Shown: positions 29,899 to 40,019 of the stretch, piece after piece
How positions within the stretch are numbered: the stretch's first letter is position 1
How the letters are laid out: each line of letters starts with the position of its first letter
DNA from: Candidatus Aenigmatarchaeota archaeon
Lineage (GTDB): Archaea; Aenigmatarchaeota; Aenigmatarchaeia; CG10238-14; SCSR01
DNA length: 64,000 nt
Reading direction: 5' to 3'
NCBI GenBank assembly: GCA_038998585.1
Contig: JAVZGQ010000001.1
Span: forward strand, 9,684 to 73,683
Notes under the pieces: generated by a model
Seen by the model: only the letters and a program-made list of their open reading frames with translations
The model's database searches: none
Told to the model about the DNA's origin: nothing
Program-made: the position numbers and the translations under genes

Positions 29899-30693
29899 TC
29901 AACCTATGTAAGTTAGTTCTTCCTTCTTTCCAACTTTTTCAGGTGGTGCTAGAAGCTGACTCAAAGCTCTTTTTTGTACATCCTCAACCTTCTTTATCAA
30001 TTCTTCCATTTCTTCTACTTTTTTCCCAAGTCTTGAAGTATCAATGTTTAAATTCAAAATCTTTATCAGGATCGTGAGAACAGATTCAGCACTCTTCGGG
30101 TCCGGAATTATCGGGAAGCCCATAGTTTCACCCAGAAGGCAAACACCCTTCATTTTTCTCATCTTCCCGAGTCCTATGAAAAGACCGGAGGCTCCGACTA
30201 TAGTACCAACTTTATTCACAGACTGGAAGTCTATTCCATATTTCTCATATTTTTTTATGAGTTCGGGGTCGCTTACAGCACCAATAACTTTAGGCTTTGC
30301 TTTTTCTTCACCTATGCTCAGTCCTGCCAAAGCAAAAATTTCTTTCACCCCAAACTTCTGAATATAATCAAGAATAGTTTCAACTATTTCATAATGTCCT
30401 TCAGGATCTATGCTTTGGCTGTCCCCGATTAACAAAATCAAGTCTCTCTGGGTTTTCTTTTTTGCCTTCCAATAATAGAACTCATTTTTAAGCATATGGA
30501 CGGAAGAATTTTCATGTAATAAAACAAATGGCATAAAATGGGAAGAAAAGAGTTCAGCAAACTTTTTTGCTTTTAATTCTTCCACCAAATAGCCAGCAGC
30601 AATTCTACCGACATTTCCAATCCCGGGTAGACCTTCAATGAATATAGGATCCTTTAGCTTAGGTCTTTCAAGTTCAATTATTTTTGTTGTCAT
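29899..30693 (-). CDS. PAC2-family proteasome assembly chaperone
   Basis: EGLPGIGNVG, GDSQ, LLGET, DPKSA, C-terminal YIG. Confidence 0.88.
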   Translation of the reverse strand: MTTKIIELERPKLKDPIFIEGLPGIGNVGRIAAGYLVEELKAKKFAELFSSHFMPFVLLHENSSVHMLKNEFYYWKAKKKTQRDLILLIGDSQSIDPEGHYEIVETILDYIQKFGVKEIFALAGLSIGEEKAKPKVIGAVSDPELIKKYEKYGIDFQSVNKVGTIVGASGLFIGLGKMRKMKGVCLLGETMGFPIIPDPKSAESVLTILIKILNLNIDTSRLGKKVEEMEELIKKVEDVQKRALSQLLAPPEKVGKKEELTYIG

Positions 30694-30759
30694 GTGCTCA
30701 CATATAGATTATCTTGTTTATCTTTTAAATTTATGTATTTTAAAATGTCTTGAAACTTC

Positions 30760-30921
30760 TTAAGGATTTTTAGTCTTTTTTATCGCCATTCTTCTCAATT
30801 CACCATATCTATCTTGTAATGAAAATTTTGGTGGTTGTGGGGGAATAGTCTCAATCCCACACCTGACACACTTATCTTTAAAGGTGTAGGTTTTACAAAC
30901 AGAACATTTCCTCATCTTCAT
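30760..30921 (-). CDS. nop10: H/ACA RNP protein Nop10
   Basis: RKCSVCKTYTFKDKCVRCG...PPKFSLQDRYGELRR; lies between eif2a and PAC2. Confidence 0.9.
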   Translation of the reverse strand: MKMRKCSVCKTYTFKDKCVRCGIETIPPQPPKFSLQDRYGELRRMAIKKTKNP

Positions 30922-30946
30922 ATTATTTATTTTTAATTTCTAAAAA

Positions 30947-31270
30947 ATGAAAAATATGAATTTATTGCTGTTATTTTTAGGAGTGCTTGATTTCTGTGGT
31001 GCTATGATTATCTACTTTGGGCCAAGCTTTCCGATAATTGGAGCCTATACTCTTTATTTTGCCTATATTCTTTTGGTTAAAGGTATTTTGTCGGTCTTCA
31101 CAAGCTTTTCGATTGGAATTTTTGATTGGATGGGGATTCTTGATGTTCTAGCGGGATTAGTCTTACTTTTAATTTCATTTGGTGCAAATTTTAATTTTTT
31201 TCACATATTTGCAATTTTATATGTGTTTAAAGTAGCTTATGTGCTTTTTAGAACAATCTTCAACTTTTAA
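30947..31270 (+). CDS. Small hypothetical membrane protein
   Basis: 107 aa, internal duplication G.LD...LVKG/FKV. Confidence 0.6.
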   Translation: MKNMNLLLLFLGVLDFCGAMIIYFGPSFPIIGAYTLYFAYILLVKGILSVFTSFSIGIFDWMGILDVLAGLVLLLISFGANFNFFHIFAILYVFKVAYVLFRTIFNF

Positions 31271-32036
31271 GGAATTTGAACTTTCCCTCTCCGTCAAATT
31301 TTTCAATTTGTTTGCACATGGCTTCAAGCTCTTGAGTGAGCCTTCTTTCCAAAGTTTTTGGATCTTTACTTTTAATCTCAATTCTATATTTAGGAGCAGA
31401 GATATACTTAACCTTGCACCCAGTTTTTTTCTCAAATTCAGAGAGTAACTCCTTTATCTTCTTCACACCATCTTTAGCAAAACATTTCAGCTCAATCTCA
31501 GCTTTTATTTCGAATTCTTTTTCTTGAATACTCTCTTCAGCAATTCCGGCTATGGCTTCGGCCCACTCTTTGCTCACACCTGCTTTAATTAACTCTTCTT
31601 TACATTTTTTTGCTAATTCAAAGGCTGTTGATAAATTACCAAATTTTTCTTGGATCAGAAAGCCGATTTCATCATAAGCCTGATTCAAATTTTTTCCGAG
31701 AGATTTTGCCGCCTGTTCCATGAGCTTTTCAGCTCTCTGCTCTTTTCTAAACTCATTCATCTTTTCCTTTTCATCAACCCTACTTACTCTTTTCAAGCTC
31801 AAATTCACAAAGTTTTTCTGATAGTCTATCTTGATAACTTTAGCCACATACTGTTTTTTAATTTTAACAAAGTCACGAATGTCATGAACCCATTTTCCAG
31901 CAACTTCTGTTACATGAATCATGCCCTCAGCTTCAGGATATTCTACAAGCCTACACCAAGCAGCATATGGAGTAATTTTTTCAACTGTAACTAAAACAAA
32001 CTCACCCCATTGAGGCAGTCCTTTTTTCCTGACCAT
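31260..32036 (-). CDS. eif2a: Translation initiation factor aIF-2 alpha
   Basis: S1 domain EG.IH.TEVA..W, LSLKRV, ISAP.YR. Confidence 0.93.
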   Translation of the reverse strand: MVRKKGLPQWGEFVLVTVEKITPYAAWCRLVEYPEAEGMIHVTEVAGKWVHDIRDFVKIKKQYVAKVIKIDYQKNFVNLSLKRVSRVDEKEKMNEFRKEQRAEKLMEQAAKSLGKNLNQAYDEIGFLIQEKFGNLSTAFELAKKCKEELIKAGVSKEWAEAIAGIAEESIQEKEFEIKAEIELKCFAKDGVKKIKELLSEFEKKTGCKVKYISAPKYRIEIKSKDPKTLERRLTQELEAMCKQIEKFDGEGKFKFLKS

Positions 32037-32167
32037 ACTAATACTAAATAATAATAAAGTAATTAAAGTTTGTTGTTAGTGCAAATAAGTTGATGTGAAT
32101 AATATAGGACAAGAAAAGAAAAAAAAGAAAGTTTGCCTATAAAAATTAGGCATATTAGACGTGGTTT

Positions 32168-32227
32168 TTAGGCAGAAGGAGTTGTTTGTTCCTCAGGTTT
32201 TGGCTCCTCTTTCTTTTTCTTTGCCAT
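32168..32227 (-). CDS. Putative 19-aa micropeptide MAKKKKEEPKPEEQTTPSA
   Basis: SD GGGGTGA 4 nt upstream; hairpin and T-tract downstream. Confidence 0.45.
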   Translation of the reverse strand: MAKKKKEEPKPEEQTTPSA

Positions 32228-32553
32228 TCTCTCACCCCTTTATATTTTTTCATCCTTCTTGGACGAAGGAATCATCTTTATTAACAGCATAAAAAATAGG
32301 TAAGATAAAGATGACCGATAACTTTAAGTAGAAGTTCTACCATCTTCTTACTCTTAAGCTTTTCGGATAAGCTTAAATTTAAGGAATACAATAAAAAAGA
32401 CCTTATTTTTAGATTCCATTACAATATTAATTTGTTCTTTTAGATGGACATCAATAAGTTTCTTTATGACTTTTTAATTAAGGCCCATATTTTTAAGGAT
32501 ATGTCAGGAATTCATCTGAGAATCTGGCCATCAAAAATAAAAAATAGGAAACT

Positions 32554-32651
32554 TGCAGGGGGTGGGATTCGAACCCACGAAGGCACTAAGCCACTAGGTT
32601 TCCTCTTAACACCTAAGCCTAGCCCGATTGACCAGACTACGGGACCCCTGC
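32554..32651 (-). tRNA. tRNA-Leu(UAG) with 12-nt intron at 37/38 (32600-32611)
   Basis: Cloverleaf with long variable arm; CTAGG-CT-TAG-G[intron]A-CCTAG. Confidence 0.92.
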
Positions 32652-32711
32652 AATATTTGAGATAAGTTTTCTAGAAATTAAATCTTTGTTGTTTTTTATT
32701 TCAGGGACTAA

Positions 32712-33710
32712 ATGCTATTTATGAAAACTCTGATCAAAATACCAAAAGATGCCGAGCTTCCTTTAATAGGCCTAGTTCAAGTTGGTATGATAGACAGAGG
32801 GACAAATCTTTTACAGATAAGACCAACCACCATTTGTAATTTGAACTGTGTTTTTTGTAGTACTGATGCTGGGGGCCTTTCGAGGTATCACACTACCGAG
32901 TATGTTGTGGAAAAAGACTATTTGTTAGATTGGTTGAAAAATATCATTAAATTCAAAGGAAGTGTGCACGCCTTTTTCGACTCTGTTGGTGAAGTATTAA
33001 CCTACCCAAAGATTTTGGATCTATTATCTGAAGTTTCTCAACTCAAAGGAATTAAGAGTTTGGCTTTTGAAACAAATGGCACATTACTGACAGAAGAAAT
33101 AATTAAAGAGCTTGAAGAGATTAAGATCGATAGAATCAATTTGTCTTTACATGCTTTAGACGAGGAAATTAACAAAAAGCTCACAGGCTGTACGGAATAC
33201 AACACGAAGAGGATTGTTGAGCTATTAAAATTTATAACAAGAAGTAAAATAGAAATTTGTCTCACACCAGTTTGGGTTCCGGGCTTGAATGACCAAGAGA
33301 TACCAAAACTGATAGAGTTAGCTAAAGCTGAAATAAAGAACAAAAGATTTCCAATTCTTGGGATTCAGAAATACGAAGTCCATAGATTTGGAAGAAAGCC
33401 TAAAGGAGCTAGACCAATTTCTTGGTACAAATTTTTCGGACAACTGAAAAAATGGGAGGATGAATTTAAGGTCAAGCTAAAAATTTCACCTTCTGAATTT
33501 GGGATAGAAAAAGCCAGACATTTGCCGTTCGCTTTCAAGATTGGTGAAAGGGTTATGGTCGAAATTAGATCTCAAGGGTGGATGTTGAATGAAATGATAG
33601 GTGTTGCAAGACAAAGGAGTATAACAATAGTTGATTGTAAAGAAAGCTTAAACAAGTTGGTAAAAGTAAGGATTTTAAGAAATAGGGATAATATCTACAT
33701 TGCGAGATGA
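32712..33710 (+). CDS. Radical SAM protein with C-terminal TRAM-like domain
   Basis: G.IDRGTNL.Q.RP, CNLNCVFC, TNGTLL. Confidence 0.88.
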   Translation: MLFMKTLIKIPKDAELPLIGLVQVGMIDRGTNLLQIRPTTICNLNCVFCSTDAGGLSRYHTTEYVVEKDYLLDWLKNIIKFKGSVHAFFDSVGEVLTYPKILDLLSEVSQLKGIKSLAFETNGTLLTEEIIKELEEIKIDRINLSLHALDEEINKKLTGCTEYNTKRIVELLKFITRSKIEICLTPVWVPGLNDQEIPKLIELAKAEIKNKRFPILGIQKYEVHRFGRKPKGARPISWYKFFGQLKKWEDEFKVKLKISPSEFGIEKARHLPFAFKIGERVMVEIRSQGWMLNEMIGVARQRSITIVDCKESLNKLVKVRILRNRDNIYIAR

Positions 33711-34331
33711 ATGAAAAAAGAGCTCGAGTTTTTGCTTTCTCGGCTTAGACCATTGGAAAGACCAAAAATTAAGCTTGAGCAATACACCATACCGCCAGAC
33801 TTGGCAGCAGAGATTTTAAATCTTGCTTTTTTGTCAAAAGACATTAAGGACAAGTATGTGGCAGACTTTGGTTGCGGAAGTGGAAGGCTTGCAATAGGAG
33901 CGGCTTTACTTGAAGCTAAGAAAGTTATAGGAATAGATTTGGATGAAGAGGCAATAAAGCAAGCAAAAGAAAATTTGAAAATTGCTGAGGATTTGATTGG
34001 AAGAAAGCTAAAAGTTAAATTTATTTATTGTGATATAGCAAAATGGAAAGGAAAGTGTGATACAATTTTACAAAATCCACCTTTTGGTATAAAAGGAATT
34101 TATACTGATAAGATTTTTCTAGAGAAAGCTTTAACTTGTGCGAAAAAGATTTACTCTCTCCACAGGAATGGAAGAAAAGAGACAAGGAATTTCCTCATAA
34201 ATTTTATTTCTGCTCGAGGAGGCAAAATTGAAAACATAATTAAACTTAAATTTTTCTTACCATACACTTTTAAGTTTCACAAGAAGCCGAAAATAAGATA
34301 TGATGTTGATCTTTTTGTAATAAGATGTTAG
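33711..34331 (+). CDS. METTL5-family N6-adenine RNA methyltransferase
   Basis: LEQYTIP, D.GCG.G.L, NPPFG, YSLH, FH. Confidence 0.85.
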   Translation: MKKELEFLLSRLRPLERPKIKLEQYTIPPDLAAEILNLAFLSKDIKDKYVADFGCGSGRLAIGAALLEAKKVIGIDLDEEAIKQAKENLKIAEDLIGRKLKVKFIYCDIAKWKGKCDTILQNPPFGIKGIYTDKIFLEKALTCAKKIYSLHRNGRKETRNFLINFISARGGKIENIIKLKFFLPYTFKFHKKPKIRYDVDLFVIRC

Positions 34332-34462
34332 TTTCATTGTAAGTTATAATCCTTTTAAAAAATTCTCTGTCACATTTTTAAATCCATACAAGTTTTTTGA
34401 TCATATTTAGTAGAGAAAACAATCCAATATTAGAAAACATATTTTTTAAAAAAATAAATTTA

Positions 34463-34558
34463 TGCCCCCTCAGGGATTTGAACCCTGGTTCACAGCCCGA
34501 GAAGCTGTTGTCCTATCGATTTTACATAGTTCAATTAACCGGGCTAGACGAAGGGGGC
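34463..34558 (-). tRNA. tRNA-Glu(CUC) with 21-nt D-loop intron (34515-34535)
   Basis: ACAGC-TT-CTC-GG-GCTGT; BHB helix CGGT/ATCG with bulges TAA and ATA. Confidence 0.9.
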
Positions 34559-34872
34559 TTATTAAATTTATGCAATATATTATTGGTATTTTTAAATTGT
34601 TAAATTTTATTTCATCAAAGAAATTAAATACATTTTTACATCTATCGACACCAATACCATCTCTCATTACTATCCATTTAGAAAGTTTTAGGTCCAAAAT
34701 CAGATAAAAGATATTTATTCAAAGTTTAAACCAAATCTTTACTTTGTTTCTCTTTCTAATAATATTTTCCTCATCCATATGTCCTATGAGTTATAACCAT
34801 AGGATAGACAACTGACCTCTTAAAATTTCTTTTTAACATAAAAAATTTAAAGAAAGTGGAAAGAACAAAGTT

Positions 34873-35136
34873 TTATACAAGGATTTTGTAAACGGAATCC
34901 CCTTCTCTAACTTTATCAACAACTTTCAAACCAATTGCGTTTCCTGCTTTTGCTGTTTTTATTTGATTGTGCTCCATTTCCATACTTTCAACAGTTTGTT
35001 GGAAATTTGTGACATTACCTTCTATTGAGATCTTGTCGCCTACCGAAATCTCGTCTGTAACTTCAATTACAGCAACTCCAATCTTTCCATAGTAATGGGT
35101 AACTTTTCCAACTAACTTTTTTTCTTGATCTGCCAT
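34873..35136 (-). CDS. Small translation-factor-like beta-barrel (U32 C-terminal-like) protein
   Basis: VGKVTHYY.KIGVA, FQQ.V.SM, GLKV...VREGD.VY. Confidence 0.8.
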   Translation of the reverse strand: MADQEKKLVGKVTHYYGKIGVAVIEVTDEISVGDKISIEGNVTNFQQTVESMEMEHNQIKTAKAGNAIGLKVVDKVREGDSVYKILV

Positions 35137-35241
35137 AATTTATCTTTAGTTGGCTACTATTTAAATATTGCTTTTGTTCCTTTTGTTATTCCATATTCTG
35201 ATCAATAGGGTGTAATCTGATAGATTCATAAAAGAAATGTA

Positions 35242-35327
35242 TGGGCCTGGAGGGATTCGAACCCCCAACTCGAGGTTTCACCAAAAAACCGAAGCCTCGC
35301 CGGATATCCAAGTTTCCACACAGGCCC
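35242..35327 (-). tRNA. tRNA-Arg(UCG) with 12-nt intron at 37/38 (35277-35288)
   Basis: CGAGG-CT-TCG-G[intron]A-CCTCG; T-loop TTCGAAT. Confidence 0.9.
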
Positions 35328-35417
35328 AATAATAGGTTGTCTTTTATTTAAAAAAAACTTGTGAGTATAAAAAATCAATTCTATCAATAAAATTAAAAAA
35401 TAAAAAAAGAGCGGGGA

Positions 35418-35501
35418 TCAGAATTCTTCTGATTCCTCTTCCCCTATAAAGAGGTCTTCATCTTCGAAGGGATCCCACAGGTCTTCATTATCTTCTTTCA
35501 T
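35418..35501 (-). CDS. Putative 27-aa acidic peptide downstream of ftsZ
   Basis: MKEDNEDLWDPFEDEDLFIGEEESEEF; purine-rich GGAGGAGAGG upstream; T-tract downstream. Confidence 0.5.
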   Translation of the reverse strand: MKEDNEDLWDPFEDEDLFIGEEESEEF

Positions 35502-35606
35502 CAGCCTCTCCTCCGCAAACCCATTTCTCCCAGGTCTAGAGTGTGAAACATAAAGCTAAGAGAGAAATAAGTTTTCCTGAACAAAGTGGGTTTGCTTATG
35601 GATAGA

Positions 35607-36773
35607 CTATCTGATTATATCTATCCCTAATGTTTGGCTGATTTCTCTTGACACTGGCGTTTCATAACTTACTGGCCCCAAGATATATGGCGACTTTACT
35701 CCTGTAACTATTACTATCACCTGTACTCTTCCCTCAAATTCTGGTAAAATCCTTGCTCCCCAGAAAACTTGTGCTGAAGGATCTAGATATTGTGAGACAG
35801 TTTCTCCAATCAGGTTTACTTCATCTAGTCTGAGATCAGGTCCACCTGTTATATGTACCAAAGCACCCTGAGCTCCTGTGTAGTCTACTTCGAGCAGTGG
35901 ATTCTCCAAGGCTCTTGTTATCGCGTCTTTGGCCCTGTCCGAGCTGTTACTCTCCCCAACTCCAATTGCTGCAACCCCTCCACCTGTGTGCATGACAGAC
36001 TTAACATCAGCATAATCCAGGTTGACAAGCGAGGGTAAGGTTATAGTTTCAGTTATTCCCTTCACCATCGAAGCTATCAACTCGTCCGCTACTGCAAAGG
36101 CCTGTTGGATTGAAAGATTGCCAGCATATTTCAAAAGCTTGTCATTCTCGATTACTATAACAGTATCACAAACTTGCCTCAGCCTTGCAAGACCATCTTC
36201 AGCCTTGGCAACTCTCGCCCCTTCTAGCTTGAAAGGCATTGTAGCAACAGCTATCACTATTGCCCCCGTTGATTTTGCTAGCTCACAAACAACTGGTATA
36301 CTCCCTGTCCCTGTTCCCTTTCCTAAGCCAGCTATTGCGAAAAGTAAGTCAACACCTTCCAAACATTCTTTTATTTCGTTTCTGCTTTCCTCGGCGGCCT
36401 TTCTTCCAACTTCCGGATAACCTCCACAGCCTAGACCTTTGGTCAATTCTTTACCTATCAAGATTTTCTTATCTGCTTTTGTAACAGCTAAAGCTTTAGC
36501 ATCTGTGTTCAGAGCTATTGTTGTAGCACCCTCAATTCCCATTTCTGTTAACCTAGTGACTGCATTGCTTCCCGCACCTCCACATCCAACCACAGCAATC
36601 TTAGCCTTTCTTACAGAAAATCCAAATTCTTGCTCAGCGAGCTTGTAGTAGTCTACATTACTGAAAGTTGCCCCACTTGTTGGTTCAAGCCTGAATCTTG
36701 TTTCTGGTCTATCTTCTCTCTGATTGCCAGTTGTTCTTGCTAAAGCGCTCTTTATGAGCGAATCCATTTGCAT
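35607..36773 (-). CDS. ftsZ: Cell division protein FtsZ
   Basis: VGCGGAGSN, GLGKGTGTG, NLDYADV, WGAR. Confidence 0.95.
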   Translation of the reverse strand: MQMDSLIKSALARTTGNQREDRPETRFRLEPTSGATFSNVDYYKLAEQEFGFSVRKAKIAVVGCGGAGSNAVTRLTEMGIEGATTIALNTDAKALAVTKADKKILIGKELTKGLGCGGYPEVGRKAAEESRNEIKECLEGVDLLFAIAGLGKGTGTGSIPVVCELAKSTGAIVIAVATMPFKLEGARVAKAEDGLARLRQVCDTVIVIENDKLLKYAGNLSIQQAFAVADELIASMVKGITETITLPSLVNLDYADVKSVMHTGGGVAAIGVGESNSSDRAKDAITRALENPLLEVDYTGAQGALVHITGGPDLRLDEVNLIGETVSQYLDPSAQVFWGARILPEFEGRVQVIVIVTGVKSPYILGPVSYETPVSREISQTLGIDIIR

Positions 36774-36890
36774 TTTTCATCCTCCTATATTCAACAAAAT
36801 ATATTTTGTTTCATCGAAAACCCTTTATTAAAGGTTTTCAATATTTTTCTTTAGAAATAGGTTGTGTGTAAAAAACACTACCTAGAACGA

Positions 36891-36920
36891 AACCCGAATT
36901 CTAACCCGACTTTAACCCGA
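36891..36920. promoter_or_regulatory. Three AACCCGA direct repeats upstream of ftsZ
   Basis: Copies at 36891, 36903 and 36914 (12- and 11-bp spacing). Confidence 0.5.
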
Positions 36921-37122
36921 ACTAAATTAAATTTTAACAAACTCCGTGTAAATTTTTTGATAAAATAGATTTAAATACATTTTTTGTGTTTAAAATATAT
37001 GATGAAAATTGTATGATGGTGAATTTAAATTGTATAAAATATTTTTTTAATAATATATTTTTTAAATCAATCTTAATTATATTATAAAATTGATAAGATC
37101 TTTTTTTTGATTTCCAACCTTT

Positions 37123-37599
37123 TTAAAATTTTTTCATTTCAATAAAAATCCTTCTTGATTTTGGTAAAACATTTTCTATATAATTTTCTCTTAAAATTCC
37201 TGTGCCTACAAAATCTTTATCAAATTTTACAAGTACAAAGGAATTTATTTCGCAATTTATCAGTTTATGAGCCGAAAAATCAAGACCTTGTAAGAATTTT
37301 TTCAAATTTTCCTCATTGATAATAACAATATTTTTATTCGCCTTCTTTCCAACAAGTTGGACTCCTTCAACAGAAAGATGAATTTCCTCATTTTTCTTTA
37401 ACTTTCCAAAGTATAGGCCTAAAGCATTTATCCTTAGTTTAGAAGTATCCAATTCAAAAGCTTCATCTGATATAACCCAAATTTTATCTCCAGGAGTTTT
37501 GAACAATCTTTCTTTGAATTTAATTCTAGCCCCATAATTTTTTTCTAACAAATTCTCAAGATATACAATTTCTTCTAAGCCCATTTCTTCAACTTGCAT
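37123..37599 (-). CDS. NIP7/PUA-like partner of the RsmB/NOP2 methyltransferase
   Basis: GLYFGK, LSVEG.QL, N.LPKSRR; overlaps the m5C MTase gene. Confidence 0.7.
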   Translation of the reverse strand: MQVEEMGLEEIVYLENLLEKNYGARIKFKERLFKTPGDKIWVISDEAFELDTSKLRINALGLYFGKLKKNEEIHLSVEGVQLVGKKANKNIVIINEENLKKFLQGLDFSAHKLINCEINSFVLVKFDKDFVGTGILRENYIENVLPKSRRIFIEMKKF

Positions 37600-38501
37600 A
37601 TAAAAAACCCCTCTGTGAAATTTTCAAATGGAAAGATTCGGATAGCATTTCTTATGCTTTCATCAAACTTTTTCCCGTTCCACTCCAAGATGCCTTCTCT
37701 ATATTTCAAATTCTTAATTTCAATCTTTTCAACACTTAGGCCAAGGTTTTTCACGCAGAAGTCAATTATTTCTTCATTTTCTTCTGGATCCAAAGAACAA
37801 GTTGAATAAACCAATGTTCCTTTTTCTTTCAAACATTTTGAGGCTGAGTATATAAGTTTTTTCTGCAAACTACTTAATTTTTCTACATTTGACTGTGACC
37901 AAAGTTTAAGTGAAGAGAACGTGCTTATAATTTTTCCACTTCCACTGCAAGGGGCGTCAACTAAAACTTTATCAAATTTTATTCCGTATTTCCAGAAATT
38001 TTCTCCTTTTTCATAAGTTAAAATACAATTTTTGACGCCCATTTTTTGCAAGTTAATCCGTAGGGCTTTTATTCTGTTCAGATTGTTATCATTAGCGACT
38101 ATTACTCCAGAATTTCTCATGATCATTGCGATTTGTGTTGTTTTTGAGCCAGGAGCTGCACATAAATCCAAGACTTTATCTTTCGGACTTGGGCTAAGGA
38201 TTAAGGGAGGAATCATTGAAGACGCTTCTTGAATATAATAGTATCCTAAAAAATATTCAAGAGTCTTTACAACATCTTTCTCATTTTCAACAAAAAACCC
38301 GTCCTTGTACCAAGGGATTTGTTTTAACTTCATCCCATTTTTTTCTAATCTTTTGACCAATTTTTCACTAGAAATTTTTATTGTGTTAACTCTTATCGAT
38401 TTTTTTGGTTTAAAAAATAAACAGGCTTCTAATTTTTCATATTCTTTACTTAAAAGTTTCTTATATTTTTCTTCAAAAGGTTTCGGTATTTTAATTTCCA
38501 T
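37575..38501 (-). CDS. RsmB/NOP2-family RNA m5C methyltransferase
   Basis: IRVNTIK, QEASSM, DLCAAPGSKT, DAPCSG, YSTCS..PEENE. Confidence 0.93.
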   Translation of the reverse strand: MEIKIPKPFEEKYKKLLSKEYEKLEACLFFKPKKSIRVNTIKISSEKLVKRLEKNGMKLKQIPWYKDGFFVENEKDVVKTLEYFLGYYYIQEASSMIPPLILSPSPKDKVLDLCAAPGSKTTQIAMIMRNSGVIVANDNNLNRIKALRINLQKMGVKNCILTYEKGENFWKYGIKFDKVLVDAPCSGSGKIISTFSSLKLWSQSNVEKLSSLQKKLIYSASKCLKEKGTLVYSTCSLDPEENEEIIDFCVKNLGLSVEKIEIKNLKYREGILEWNGKKFDESIRNAIRIFPFENFTEGFFICKLKKWA

Positions 38502-38555
38502 AATTAAATGGAAGTAAAATAAAAAGAATATTTTTTTCTATTAGCAAGGATATAT

Positions 38556-38858
38556 TTAATATGATTCAGATGATTTTATATTTTTCGAGTATTCAATTTT
38601 AATCCCATATAAATTTGCTAAGTTTCTAGCATTTTCATTCAGAGGCTTTTGTATTCTGAGTACACCTTCTTTATTTTCAACATCAGCGTCGAGCACTTTT
38701 ACATAAAGTTTCATCACAACTATCTCATCAGAAGAAGATTCGGTTTTTCTTATGATTTCTGAATAATCTTCGATTAGTCTAGTTTTTTCACGCGATTCAT
38801 CATATTCTATTGATGAAAACTCGTGTTCTATTCCAGATTTACCAATCTTTTTAACCAT
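38556..38858 (-). CDS. Hypothetical protein (restriction-endonuclease-like small fold possible)
   Basis: 100 aa; GKSGIEHEF motif. Confidence 0.5.
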   Translation of the reverse strand: MVKKIGKSGIEHEFSSIEYDESREKTRLIEDYSEIIRKTESSSDEIVVMKLYVKVLDADVENKEGVLRIQKPLNENARNLANLYGIKIEYSKNIKSSESY

Positions 38859-39059
38859 ATTATTATGATATTTGACTGACTATTTAAGCATTCTCATTCT
38901 CTGAGATACGAATCGATAGGATTTATTAATTCTTTAAAACACGCCATCGGTGGGACATTCAAAGAATTAGACTCCTACCCTTATTTTAAAATTACAGGTT
39001 GAAATTAAAAAACCTATTGGTTTCCAATATTTTTATTCTTTCAACATTTCTTAACAATT

Positions 39060-39188
39060 GTGAAGAAGAAATCCGAATGGCAAACAACTCCGATAAGAAG
39101 TTATAAGTATGCCTTCACTCCTGAAGAGATCAAAAAGATACTAGAAGTTGCAAAACCACACAGTTTCAGGTATACTGCTTATTGCTGA
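39060..39188 (+). pseudogene. Tyrosine recombinase fragment
   Basis: AFTPEEIKKILEVAK resembles the start of an integrase catalytic domain; stops early. Confidence 0.45.
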
Positions 39189-39306
39189 CTCTCTTACTTA
39201 TTTCAAACATTTGAAAAATTATGATTCGATAAATAATGTTCTGTATAGTTTTAATAGTTTTAAAAGTTTTTTATAAATTTTATTGTTAAGATTTAATTAG
39301 AACTAT

Positions 39307-40017
39307 ATGCCTCAATTATTAAAAAAGTATGATGAAACATTAATAGAAACCATAAAAAGATACAATGAAATAGCTCCTCATTACAGTAGAGATGAGAGAG
39401 GAAAACTAGATAATGACCAAATTTTTCACTTAAAAAAGTTTATAAATTTTGTAGGATCACCCCCAAGAAAAATTTTAGATGCAGGTTGTGGCACAGGGAA
39501 AGACATTCTTTATCTTTCTTCATATGGATACGAACTTTTTGGAATAGATTTATCTTCTGGTATGTTAGAGGAGGCATTAAAAGTTGTGTATAACAAGAAT
39601 AACATACATTTACTAAGAGAAGATTTTAGGTATATGAGTTTTAGTAATTTTGTATTTGATGGTATATGGTGTAGTGCATCTCTGGTTCATTTGCCATATA
39701 AAGATAAACAAATAGCTCTTCAAGAATTTAATAGGGTTTTGAAAAAAGGGGAAATACTTTCCATAGGAATTCAAAATCTTTTATGTATAGATCGCTTAAT
39801 TCGTATTTTCAAATCTTATATAAGAAGGCCTATATATTCGTTAACCAAAACCTTCCTTTATAAAATGGAACTCGGATATGCCTACTATGATAAACGTCAT
39901 TGGTTCTTTCCGACAAAACCGTCTTTAATAAGGCTCGTAGAAGATGCGGGTTTTGAGATCATAGAAAGCAATAATGTTTTTTCAAAAAGGTTAAGAATCT
40001 ATGCTATAAAAAAATAA
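39307..40017 (+). CDS. Class I SAM-dependent methyltransferase
   Basis: ILDAGCGTG, GIDLS.GML, FDGIWC.ASL.H. Confidence 0.88.
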   Translation: MPQLLKKYDETLIETIKRYNEIAPHYSRDERGKLDNDQIFHLKKFINFVGSPPRKILDAGCGTGKDILYLSSYGYELFGIDLSSGMLEEALKVVYNKNNIHLLREDFRYMSFSNFVFDGIWCSASLVHLPYKDKQIALQEFNRVLKKGEILSIGIQNLLCIDRLIRIFKSYIRRPIYSLTKTFLYKMELGYAYYDKRHWFFPTKPSLIRLVEDAGFEIIESNNVFSKRLRIYAIKK

Positions 40018-40019
40018 AT

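Noticed and set aside
34783..34803. CCTATG/CATAGG inverted repeat in an intergenic region
   Set aside because: A single short palindrome that could arise by chance
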